DNA from: Paraphysomonas bandaiensis
Taxonomy: Eukaryota > Protista > Chrysophyceae
Reading direction: 5' to 3'
DNA: 64,000 bases
Assembly (NCBI GenBank): GCA_965644295.1
Contig: CBFFRP010000132.1
Span: forward strand, 62,001-126,000
Part shown: piece after piece, positions 52,137 to 63,050 of the stretch
Position numbering within the stretch: the stretch's first letter is position 1
Layout of the letters: every line of letters begins with the position of its first letter
Program-made: the position numbers and the translations under genes
Notes under the pieces: model-generated
What the model saw: the letters and a program-made list of their open reading frames with translations, nothing else
The model's database searches: none
Told to the model about the DNA's origin: nothing

Positions 52137-52615
52137 GCCCTCAACAAAGTCGGCCTCGCACCTTTTCGTAGTGTTCTGGGGGATAAGTACCGGAGAGATT
52201 TTCTCTGAGAAACAAACGTAAGCCACAAACATGGTCAGCAGATACTCTTTTGCCCACTCATAGCCGAATGCTTGTGTGGTACAAGTGACACTAATAAGTG
52301 TCACTTATGTAGACGTCTTTGGGCCCTGACGAATAAACAGGGCAGAGCCCACCTGAAGGGCAACCGGGGTATTGAGCTGCCTGTTGAAGTCAAGCATCCG
52401 GGATGATCACCTTAAGAACTCAGAGCGGAAGTGGTTGCACCTTGATGCTTGCGGCGACGTACAAGCAGCTTCCGTAGCGTTAAATAGTAGGATAAAAAAA
52501 GTGTGTACTGATTAGTTACAGGTAGAGGTCTAACTAGTTTGTCTAGCATTCATCTAGCTACTAAGTTGGTGCAGGTTTTTAAGGCCTATTGCCAATAATA
52601 AGACTTTCAATATAT
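52137..52615 (+). mobile_element. Apparently full-length copy of the SINE-like / non-autonomous retroposon family
   Basis: Contains the head, body and tail segments seen separately in about 9 other places. The 3' tail is shared with the LINE relics. Confidence 0.8.
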
Positions 52616-52760
52616 ATTGTAGCTAATAATAGATAAAATACGCAAGGTAAAGAATAGTAACGGCAGTATGTGTAACGGAAGATTCAAACAATATTTAGTC
52701 AACAGCGATTAATCTTATCATAAGAACAGTAATATGGACTTTGTGCTACAACGTATCGTA

Positions 52761-53102
52761 CTACAAGTGGTGTATTTCTAAAATCTTTTGGTTCTCTATA
52801 CGATAAACCATGTCTCTGCAGCTACTGGACCCTGACGACTCACAGCTGAACATACACTGAGTTGTCACGACACTGATACCGTTCTCTTCTTTAGCGCTCA
52901 GTACTGTATACTTAGCTGTAAACATGGGCATCCTCTCGAACATCATCGCAAATTTCTCTCTTGCCACTGTAACGCCCCTCCAATTGCGATCTGACTCAGG
53001 AAAACTAACCTCAATATCATCGTCTAAATAGCCGATGATTTCATCTAAACAATGTGCATTCATTGCATTGTAGTACTGCTGAAGCGTCGAAAGAGCTGCC
53101 AT
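52761..53102 (-). CDS. SnoaL/NTF2-like small protein
   Basis: LQQYYNAMNAHCLDEIIGYLDDDIEV...RGVTVAREKF...YRIENQKILEI is the typical SnoaL-like pattern. Likely start MAALS at 53102. Confidence 0.8.
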   Translation of the reverse strand: MAALSTLQQYYNAMNAHCLDEIIGYLDDDIEVSFPESDRNWRGVTVAREKFAMMFERMPMFTAKYTVLSAKEENGISVVTTQCMFSCESSGSSSCRDMVYRIENQKILEIHHL

Positions 53103-53921
53103 GTTGTGGCTATCTTTGATACATCTGCCTTCCTGACCCGCCCAACACATGCTGAGAGGATGTGTGTATGTACTGCTGTATGTACTACTGTATGTAGGTA
53201 CGAATCGTAGGTAGGTAGGTACATGTACCGTGTTGTACTCTTGCTGTATGTTATACGATCTTTTAATCGACCGGATGCTGTCGTCTCGGAAGGTGTGTAC
53301 CAAGTGCGTCTGAGTATGTCAAACGCATCAATCATATTTACCCTGGAAGGAGGTATGTACTCCTGAGGCAGTCTCTTTCTGGGCAGAGAGAATGTCTCAG
53401 TTGCTGAGAGAAATGTTTTAGGGGTTACGTTTGTTGCCTCCTTAGGTCTGCGTCTGAGCAGAGGGGTTGGGGAGTCTATGGGTTTCGTTTTCTCCAATGA
53501 CTCTCCCACAGAGCACCCCACTCAGCTGCATTTGGGTTCTACAGAGCTCGCAGGATTCTTCCCTTCGGGTACTATGCGGATATTGTATTTGCACAACGAA
53601 TCTGTCTTCTCGACGTCAATGAAGTGATGAAGTCATTTTTTTCTGCTTCCACTCCTGCTCTTGAGGCGTATGCTGAAGACAATGTTAAAAAATGAATAAG
53701 GACTGTCTAAAGATCTTCCCGAAGGCACGAGATTAGTGTGGAAATGTTAAGGTTACAGTATTCAAAAAGTAAATGTATGGAACTAGCCAACGAATTGAAC
53801 AATTGGATACCTCATTTATGGTAGCACTGAATGGTATTGTTCATGTAGACTGGCACTCTAAGATAGTGCTGTCTGTATTGTCTGCGAATAGTAATAGAAT
53901 GCAGATGTATATAGTCAATAC

Positions 53922-54076
53922 CAGGGCTAGGAAACAATATATTGCAATACTATTGATAGATAGCGTTCCAACAATACTATTGATGGAGATTTTAAACAGG
54001 CTCAACAATACAATTACAATATATTGCAATATATTGTACAATGTATTGCAATTCAATATATTGTTTCCTAGCCCTG
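53922..54076. mobile_element. hAT-type MITE (155 bp)
   Basis: Perfect 23-bp TIR CAGGGCTAGGAAACAATATATTG. 8-bp TSD GTCAATAC/ATCAATAC (7/8 match). Related ends at ~11581, 32864, 36004-36188, 50259 and 51130-51200. Confidence 0.88.
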
Positions 54077-54574
54077 ATCAATACTGTACGTCTTTGTGAC
54101 TGTGAATCTCGCTACATATTTGATTGCACGAATTGGAACGCTACCCCCATATACCACGGCGACAAAAGGAGTGATAAATGGGATTTATCCTTATCCTTTT
54201 CTCTACCATTATGCTAACGCTTCACATAACGGCCTCAAAAAAACAGGCCTTAAAATGTAATAATTATATTATATTATGCATACTCTTTAATATAAAAAAG
54301 TAATATAATTATAAAATAAAGTATAGATGTTTGTAAGGGTATTTTTTATAAATTGAAAGGAAACCATAATCAATAGTGAATAGCAATATTAGAATAGGCA
54401 AAAATACACAAGATGTCCACTAGCTTATATGAAATATATAAATATACAAAAGTACACTATGTAAGTGAACACACAAAAATTAAACCAGACGTTGAAAGAT
54501 AGGAAGAGGTAAAACACAGTAGGTTTATTATTTAGGGGGCACTAAGCGTACAATAGCGAGTCAGTGTTTTCTTC

Positions 54575-54810
54575 TGATATCTGATATACTACTATTTCAC
54601 GATACAAAAGCTACTTTTATGCGTCACTACAAGCTCCAAGGTGCAATCACTCTCTATCACTCGATGCAAACACAATGAGAAAGCAGAATGTTGATATACC
54701 TGACATCTGCTGCCTTCAAGATTTTTGAGTCTTAAGGTGAACAGCCCGGATGCTTAACTTCAGTAGGCAGCCCGATCCCCTGGATTCCCTTGAGGTAGGC
54801 CCATAAAGAG
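54575..54810 (-). mobile_element. Partial SINE-like family copy
   Basis: Matches the body and tail of the 1845-2198 and 20680-21023 copies. Confidence 0.7.
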
Positions 54811-55558
54811 ACTAAACAGCTAAACACTAAACAAGTGGCACTTATATTATATACTATCCCATTTTGTCTCAAAAAAGCTATTTTTTGACCTGATTTTGTC
54901 TTAACAGGGCGCTCATATCAGCACCGGGCAAATATAGACATTCAACTTCAATATTCGGTTCAACAGAAGCTCACTTCTATCCTAAGTATGATAATGACAT
55001 ATGTACGTGATATCATTATAGTACACAATTATAGAGAAACCATAATCATGAGCGAAATACCAATAGCAGATCATCTAACTCCAAGTTGTACAAGTTATAT
55101 TCCATCCTTCGACTGCTGTATAAGATCACAACGATGTCAGTGCAAGTGATCTGTCTTCATATCCAGGACTTCGAAACAACTTCAAGAATTTTGCAGAAGA
55201 GTTTAAGTACCATATCTGATGCTATATAGGTGGTTAGGGGCAGTTGTACCCAGTTCTTTCAGGGTTTGAGCCATATCGTGCTTCTCAGGATATTGTGTGT
55301 CTCATATCATACACACATCATTCGTGCACTTGATGATGCTAATTAAGGCAATAAGAAGCCTCTCTTTCACCTTCAACTGTTCACATTTATTATCACACTT
55401 ACAGTATACATATCATTGATTTGAAACTATATGAGTTCTCAATTGTGTTCTTAATGTTAATCAAGGAACATCTATTTCTTAATGCAGCAAGCATGCTACA
55501 AATAGCTATACAATCTACTATTAACCTTTCAACGTCATGAAGATAAGCTACAATTTAA

Positions 55559-55666
55559 CCTAGGGATAAGGAGTATCGTCCCTTGTCTAAATTTTAAAAA
55601 TCGGGCTTTTCGCACTCGTTTCAAAATTTTGAGCCCGGGACGATATAGCCTCCTTATTGCCAGTGG
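55559..55666. mobile_element. TTAA-flanked (piggyBac-like) MITE, ~108 bp
   Basis: TTAA at 55555-58 and 55667-70. Imperfect inverted ends CC...ATAAGGAG.TATCGTCCC / GGGACGATA...CTCCTTAT...GG. Partial second copy at 21160-21250. Confidence 0.65.
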
Positions 55667-55945
55667 TTAAATATAGCATATAACTATAGTGTCCCTTGTA
55701 CCCTTAAAAGTCAACTCCTTAAATTGTAAATTTCATTTTCAGAATACTATCTCACTATTGTCAGAAAATGCTTAGACGTAATCGTGTTCTTCGCTGCTCT
55801 GTGCACTTCTCACAGAATAGTAGGAATGTTTTGTGCTGAACGCCAGCTCCAGACGCTACCATGTCGTACTGCCAGCCGGGAGTACGTATTACTTTTATAA
55901 TAATATAAGCGTACATTTATTAGAAAATCAACGCAATTCTGTAGC

Positions 55946-56995
55946 CTATAATTCGCGGGAATTTTGCGCGTACAATTTCGTCCATGTATAACACCCCACT
56001 CCAAATACAGCGACTATAATGCCACATACGTTTAGAGTACTTAAGGAGACGTCGAAGTAAAATACTGTAAATACTATAATAACAACTCTACGGAACACAT
56101 TGAGAACAGCATGAGTTATAACAGATGATCGCCGGAGAGCCATAAAAGACAATATGTTGTAGCACGTATAGGCACATCCATTAACAACGCACTGAACCAA
56201 AATTGCTGAAAAAGAAAAACTTCCATTGCTGAACTCCATCATCGATTCTTTCTCAATTACTACAGCCAGAGGACAGGAGATCATAAATCCAATCACTGAA
56301 ATATTCGCAAAGAGTACTATTTCGTCAATAGTTCGACTACTGGCCTGGTATAACTGCTTCGCAACTACGGCACGATAAGAAAAGCAAATATTCGACAACG
56401 CCGCAAATACAAGTCCGAATAAGCTAAAAGAGTCTTCACCCATGCATGACATTCCAACTCCAACACATATCGGGACCAATGTCGCATATGATACAGCTGA
56501 TGCGACCTCATTGACGACAAAATATCCCAATATAACACTGGAGACTGGTTCTGCAGACTTCACTGTTTCCGCAAAATTCGCACTAACTAAACTGAAAGCT
56601 ATATTGGTGCAAAGAAAACCAAAAGTATAAGACACAGCAATTTGGCGCATAAAATTATTGAACTTTGAAGGAATGGGCTCAGATCTTAAAAGGCTAGATA
56701 TTGACTTCGTAATTAACGACGCGCAGAAAAATTGAGTAGAGCAAAGAAAAAATGGAAACGGAAATATTGTAAGAACATATTTTGATGTTGTTATAGCAAC
56801 CACAGCAGACGAATACCACCCAAACACTATCAGTATAAATACAGCGTTGCTATATAGACTAACTGTGCTGGGCCTCCCTTCACTGGAAGGCTTCCTTTCA
56901 AAGGTGGACTTCTCAATGTCATAAAGTACCCCACCCTTCAATATTGCATCTGGGGTATCTGGACGCACTTGATGCATCGGTTGAAAACGTAGCAT
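55946..56995 (-). CDS. Triose-phosphate transporter (TPT)/SLC35E-like nucleotide-sugar transporter
   Basis: About 9-10 hydrophobic helices. FPFPFFL, FAETVKSAEPVSSV, YNILSF and THAVLNVFRRVVII motifs. Confidence 0.9.
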   Translation of the reverse strand: MLRFQPMHQVRPDTPDAILKGGVLYDIEKSTFERKPSSEGRPSTVSLYSNAVFILIVFGWYSSAVVAITTSKYVLTIFPFPFFLCSTQFFCASLITKSISSLLRSEPIPSKFNNFMRQIAVSYTFGFLCTNIAFSLVSANFAETVKSAEPVSSVILGYFVVNEVASAVSYATLVPICVGVGMSCMGEDSFSLFGLVFAALSNICFSYRAVVAKQLYQASSRTIDEIVLFANISVIGFMISCPLAVVIEKESMMEFSNGSFSFSAILVQCVVNGCAYTCYNILSFMALRRSSVITHAVLNVFRRVVIIVFTVFYFDVSLSTLNVCGIIVAVFGVGCYTWTKLYAQNSREL

Positions 56996-57082
56996 ATATC
57001 TGCAACGTCTAGTTCAGACACGTCATATGCAATATCTCCAACCTTCACAACATGCGGATTGTGTGAAATGCAAGTACTAAGA

Positions 57083-57980
57083 ATGTATGTATGTATGTAT
57101 GTATGTATGTATGTATGTATGTATGTATGTATGTATGTATGTATGTATGTATGTATGTATGTATGTATGTATGTATGTATGTATGTATGTATGTATGTAT
57201 GTATGTATGTATGTATGTATGTATGTATGTATGTATGTATGTATGTATGTATGTATGTATGTATGTATGTATGTATGTATGTATGTATGTATGTATGTAT
57301 GTATGTATGTATGTATGTATGTATGTATGTATGTATGTATGTATGTATGTATGTATGTATGTATGTATGTATGTATGTATGTATGTATGTATGTATGTAT
57401 GTATGTATGTATGTATGTATGTATGTATGTATGTATGTATGTATGTATGTATGAATGTATGTATGTATGTATGTATGTATGTATGTATGTATGTATGTAT
57501 GTATGTATGTATGTATGTATGTATGTATGTATGTATGTATGTATGTATGTATGTATGTATGTATGTATGTATGTATGTATGTATGTATGTATGTATGTAT
57601 GTATGTATGTATGTATGTATGAATGTATGTATGTATGTATGTATGTATGTATGTATGTATGTATGTATGTATGTATGTATGTATGTATGTATGTATGTAT
57701 GTATGTATGTATGTATGTATGTATGTATGTATGTATGTATGTATGTATGTATGTATGTATGTATGTATGTATGTATGTATGTATGTATGTATGTATGTAT
57801 GTATGTATGTATGTATGAATGTATGTATGTATGTATGTATGTATGTATGTATGTATGTATGTATGTATGTATGTATGTATGTATGTATGTATGTATGTAT
57901 GTATGTATGTATGTATGTATGTATGTATGTATGTATGTATGTATGTATGTATGTATGTATGTATGTATGTATGTATGTAT
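57083..57980. repeat. (TATG)n array between divergent TPT and CHAT-NTPase-SH2 genes
   Basis: About 900 bp, with GAAT variants at 57453, 57621 and 57817. Lies ~88 bp and ~175 bp from the flanking ATGs. Confidence 0.98.
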
Positions 57981-58154
57981 ATTCTGCTATATATATGTAT
58001 ATATTATACGAATGGGGTGTTTAACTCGTGAAGATATTATCATCGTATATATTCTGTTGCTCGCTGATCGGTGTTGTGTAGCACGCTAGATCACTCTGTG
58101 AAGTTGGCGTGATCTATGTATCTCTGGTAGTGTATCTTTCATACAGCGTCTAGC

Positions 58155-61100
58155 ATGAGCGCAGAACCTTTCTACGTTGACTCCAGCCAGTACAGGCTGG
58201 CTTATTTATATGCCTCTCCTCTGATCGACACGACAGGCATGGAGCTGCCTCTGTTGGATACACAGCAGGAGATATCGATACTGAAGAATTGTATGAAGGA
58301 GGCCAATAGGTTGATACACTTCAAGGTAGATGTCGCCACCCCTCAGAATCTGAGGACCATTGCTACCCTGGGCGCAGTCATGATACAGTACTCCGGTCAT
58401 GGCATACCCGGAATACTAGCTTTTGAGAATGGCAGGGGGGAGGTTCACAGATTGGATGCTGATTCTCTGAAGACGTTGTTTTCGGCTGGAGGGGTGCAAA
58501 CCAAAATTGTATTCGTTAGCGCATGCCATTCGGAGGCTGCCGGGAGAAAGTTTGTAGAAGCCGGTGTTCCACATGTCATTGCTGTGAACAACCGGGTATC
58601 CGACAGCTCATCGCGTATATTCGCTCAAAACTTGTATTTTTCATTATTTCGTGGAAAGACTGTCCAGGAATCCTTTGAGATTGCGTCTAATATGGTAATG
58701 GTGACGGAAGGAGGTAAACCTACAGACCAGAAAAAATTTTTGCTTCTCCCCGAAGATGGTGCACATGATACTATTATTTTTGAGAATGCTTTGCATGGAC
58801 ATTATGTTGATGAAACCAATTCGCTGGCTCCAAATGGGTGTGACCCAACACCGAAATATTTCATCGGACGAAAGCGTCTGATGCAACAGGTTTTCTTTTG
58901 TCTAGGTGTGAGTAACAACAGATGTGTCACTATTAGGGGAGATAGAGGTATTGGTAAAACTGCTATTGCCTGTCGTTCTTGCGAGTATATGAATGAACGA
59001 AGGCTCTTCGATGTGATATACTTTGTGCCGCTTCGACGACGCGGGGCAAGTCCTGATGACGATGCCAATGCCCTTGCGACTGTGCTGGCTTCATGTATGG
59101 GGTCAGCTGGCGAAGGAGTGGGGTGTATCGAGGGCTTAATTCAAGCTCTTACTGGGGGACGGAGAGAGCTGAAAGATATACGGAATCCTGGATGTACCAA
59201 TCGAAACAATGGACTTGGGACAAGGAGGCATGGTGACAGCCGGAGAGAGGATAGATCAGACGATGGAAAGTGCAAACGGGTATTGTTTGTGATTGACGGG
59301 GCGGATGATTTCGTCTCGAGTTCAGTGACTCCAGCGCCGACTACATCTGCCGCCACAGCACCAGACGATATTGACAGGGCTCCCACTGAAGATGCCGCGT
59401 CCGTCACAATGACTTCTGACGAAGCTGGGAGTCGTAGATATGGTCTAATCACTCTCCTTGCGGAAGTGTTAAGGCGAACAGAAAATGTTAAGTTTTTAAT
59501 AACCTCCAGCAATCGCCTAGCCGGTGGTAATATGGTATGGCAGTTGAACGAGCCTGAGAAGGTTATTTCGGTAGCAGGGCTATCTAACAGGCACTCGGCA
59601 GAGCTCCTTGTGAAGCTTGCACCACGGGGATTGTTGCCGTCTGAAATGAACTCTGATAACCCTGCAGTAGCACTTGATACCCTTGCAGCCCGTCCAGTTG
59701 TACAAGCGCTTGGAGGCCATCCGAGGGCGCTCGCAATGTTTGCTTCGTTTCTCTCTGACCGTGTGCTGGACGACTCGCCCGAAATGAATGACATGGCAAA
59801 AGAGGTGCTGAAGAAAGCACAGGAGTGGAGAGAAGAATTTGACCCAGATTCTGCTCAATTACTGTTGCCTAGTAATTCTACGCATAAGGACGATTGCGGT
59901 AGGTTTGAAAGCGTCCCAGCCATTCCAGTTGCTGTTCCAGTGTCGGCAACAGCAGTAATGCGAAGAGATCATCCGGGTTACCCTACAGTCTCTGCGACTA
60001 CAGCGAGTACAGTATCCACTACTCCGACGAAAGCAGCACGGGCAATAACAGATTGTGGAGTGCGACACCGCGATACAAGTGACATTCAGACTGCGAACTC
60101 ACGATCTCGGAAGCCAACACGCGCTGCGTCTTCCGCCTCCCCGAGTCTCCATCATCCGCGTGTTGCCTCGCACTCTCCTCTCATCGCCCCATCGCTCTTG
60201 CACTCCTCTGTAAGTTCCAGTGCATTAAACATAGACTCGAGTGCTGGCAGGGTGTCCGGTAGAAATGGGAATGCAGTTGGAAACTTAGAACACAGTCATA
60301 GTCAGCCCAACTTACGTACAGCTTCTCCATGGGAGCGAGAGAGCGCTCAGTTCTCCCAGACTGTGTTTGCCAGTAACTCTCGTAGTAGCCGTTCCGATGT
60401 TTATCTTGAGGAAGCTCGCTCTGTAGCCCGTGAAGTTATTTCTGATCCCGTCTGTGCGGAGGTTTGGGCCCGCGTGTCTGCTGTTAATAACGGATGTTCC
60501 CCACCCCTCACCTCTGTTCGGTGGACGAGCCTTATATCAGCACTCTCAGAGTCCCTTGAAGCAGAGACTAGAGTTACTATTAATGGTGGAGCTCCACAAA
60601 GTGGAGATGAGGATAATCTCGTCTCTGTCACTCTATCACGACGTTTGACTCGTGAGGAAGCAAAGTTTCTAGGGGTGCGGATGCAACTGAGTGGCGCACG
60701 TGTTGTGTCTGGGAAGGGTAGACAGCACGGTCGCCAGGCAGCAGTGGACTACATGATCGACAGGGAGCGCTTTATTGTTTTCTGTGAAGAATGGTGGAGT
60801 GCACTTTTGAATTCACTACGAATCCTCAATGCAGAATTCAGTTGTAAGGACCCCATAATTATCCACGGATTCTTATCTAGGCAGCGCTCGGAGGAAAGGC
60901 TGTTAGAAACGAATGAACGTGGCGTTTTCCTTTTCCGGTTTAGTGAGTCTAGGAAAGGATACTTGGTGGTATCTTTTACGGATTATGCTACTGATTCGAC
61001 TGGACAATCCTCGAGGTGAGTAATTCTGCTTGGTGGTATAATATTGGTTCTCATTCGTAGAGAGTTTTCTGTTGTTGACGTCTTGTATCTGACCTTCCTT

Positions 61101-61331
61101 TATTGGTATAATAGGGTACGAGATGGCTCGGACGGGCGCGCTGTGGCTTTAAGAGCTCACCATTGCCTGGTTAATGTCGAGCCAAGTGGACTCTCCATGT
61201 ATTTTGAGGACGGAGAATGCAAATACGACTCCCTTGAAGAACTCGTTATGAAGTGTACTGGGTTGCGTACATTGTACCCGGATATACCAAAAGATGAAGC
61301 ATTTAACGCAATTAGCCGGTTTAGAACGTAG
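58155..61331 (+). CDS. CHAT (caspase-like) protease + STAND/NB-ARC NTPase + STAT-type linker-SH2 protein; 2 exons
   Basis: CHAT dyad motifs IQYSGHG and FVSACHS. Walker A GDRGIGKT, Walker B LFVIDGAD, FLITS and GGHPRAL. SH2 IHGFLSRQRSEERL...GVFLFRFSES...LYPDIPKDEAF. A 99-nt GT-AG intron at 61016-61114 joins the two ORFs in frame. Confidence 0.88.
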
Positions 61332-61697
61332 TGACACATGTATTTTTCGTCATTCGTGTACATCGTGCTGATTGCAAGTTGTTATGAGCAACGCATGTTT
61401 GTCAGCCTTTACCATCTCATTTTATATTTCACTGCTACACTTGTGGATAATTAACTGCTTGTCTTTTAACGATTTTCGATAGTTAGAGTTAATGGATGAA
61501 TATCTCGGAAGTTCTGTATTTCTTTAGACAGACTGTACTTAGCAGTACAAACTTTGGAAGACCTTGTACTGATACATCTTTTATTTTTTCTCACTAAGAT
61601 ATGACTTGTGAAACACATTCTGACCTAGGATACTTCGGAAATGTGTTGAGGTATATGATATATATACGATCTTTTTGTCGTACAAGAGTCAGTATTT

Positions 61698-63050
61698 TAC
61701 TCTGATATCCTATTTGGCACTACGAAAGCTACTTATCCGTCACCGCAAGCACCAAGGTGCAACCACCTCCGCTCTATCACTCACAGCAAACGCAGTGAGC
61801 AAGCAGAATGTTGATATACAATGATGCAAAAAAGGCTATTCATTATATGCTAGCTTCAACAACACTATTAAAAATTGCACTGCACATAATTGATAGTCTT
61901 TAAGATTCAAATGTACAGTGCATAATACAGTACAATATGTATGAAGTAGTTAGAACTAATATTGACTAAAACTAAACGTAAAAAAGTACAGTGACTGCGT
62001 AAGAATCAATAAATAAAGACATCTGTGATCAGAAATCGCGCCGAAATTGTTCGGGAAGATCCCTCTAAAAAGTCGGGCACCCATCTTTTCGTGGTGTTCT
62101 GGGGGATCAGTACCAGTACCGAGATATTATTCCGGGAAACTTGAGCCGCATATAATATATATATATAGTCAACAGATGATATTGTTCTGCCCACTCATAT
62201 AGACAAATAAATACTTGAATTTATTCAGGATTCAGGCGACAATAAAAATTGCAACCCCAAATTGGCACGTACAAGTCACAAACTGAATCTGGCTGTTATG
62301 CTGTTCATTTCAAATATAGGCATTCAAGCTTGTGGTGGATACGTTGACAAATTTATGCCGCTAATTGCAAACTCTAAAGAATGATGGTAAGCTCCATAGG
62401 CAGCTATTATTTGCCCCTATCTGCCCACACTTGCAATCATGTCAGTATGCTATCATATGTTATAAAGTTATTGTTGTGATTAGAGATTGAAGTCGATAAC
62501 TGCTGTAATATTGTAGGTGAAGAACAAAATAGTTTTGCCAAAAATAGAAATGCATTAAGTTAGAAATATATATGTTTCTAGCGGTCAGGTTTTCTTCACA
62601 AAAATGAACTATATGTAGTCATCATCTTCAAAAGCAAAATTGTCATCATCCCAGTCATCAAACAAATCAGGTAGTCCATCCCTCTTGTTTGAGAGACCAA
62701 ATAAATCTATAAGTTGATGACCGAGATAAATTTCGCTGGCAAGGTGTATTTGGAGGGGTCAATATAAATTTCGCACCCCATATATGTATATAATGGAAGC
62801 AAATTTATCCAATATCTGTTGCCCATTGAAGTAAGCCAGTACATAGGTAATGCCACTAGACCAACTAGGAAACAGTTTTATAAACATCGACTACAATATA
62901 TATAATACATCAGTGCATTTTAGGTGTAGTAGTGAATGACTTATTATTAGCAATAATAGGCGTTTAAGAGACAGCGCTTAACTCTGAAATCCTACCATTT
63001 AACGCTACGAAAGCTGCTTGTGTGTCACCGCAAGCACCACGGTGTAACAT
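61698..63050. mobile_element. Cluster of three SINE-like family fragments (- 61698-61818; + 62060-62197; - 62945-63050)
   Basis: Each matches the head or tail of 52137-52615. Confidence 0.7.

Noticed and set aside
52137-52230. HDV-like ribozyme in the SINE-like head (ACC-UUUUCGU-GGU resembles P3/L3)
   Set aside because: I could not build a convincing P1, P1.1 or P2 pairing by eye. A covariance-model search would be needed.
52320-52345. Hammerhead core CUGACGA
   Set aside because: No downstream stem II + GAAA, and it is not conserved in the other copies.
53060-53521. 153-aa minus-strand ORF or a possible ncRNA upstream of SnoaL
   Set aside because: GTG start, overlaps the SnoaL start region, and shows no recognizable protein or RNA family motifs.
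57083-57980. TATG arrays as telomeric, CRISPR or centromeric repeats
   Set aside because: They are internal, occur in both orientations, have no spacers or G-rich telomere motif, and are tied to gene starts.
18322-58089. Many ORFs encoding (MYVC)n or (HTYI)n
   Set aside because: Artefacts of stop-free tetranucleotide repeats; not credible proteins. The 1712-aa ORF's true start is 27352.
46341-60648. Antisense and alternate-frame ORFs inside the LamG, TPT and CHAT genes
   Set aside because: Shadow ORFs of real coding sequence with no independent support.
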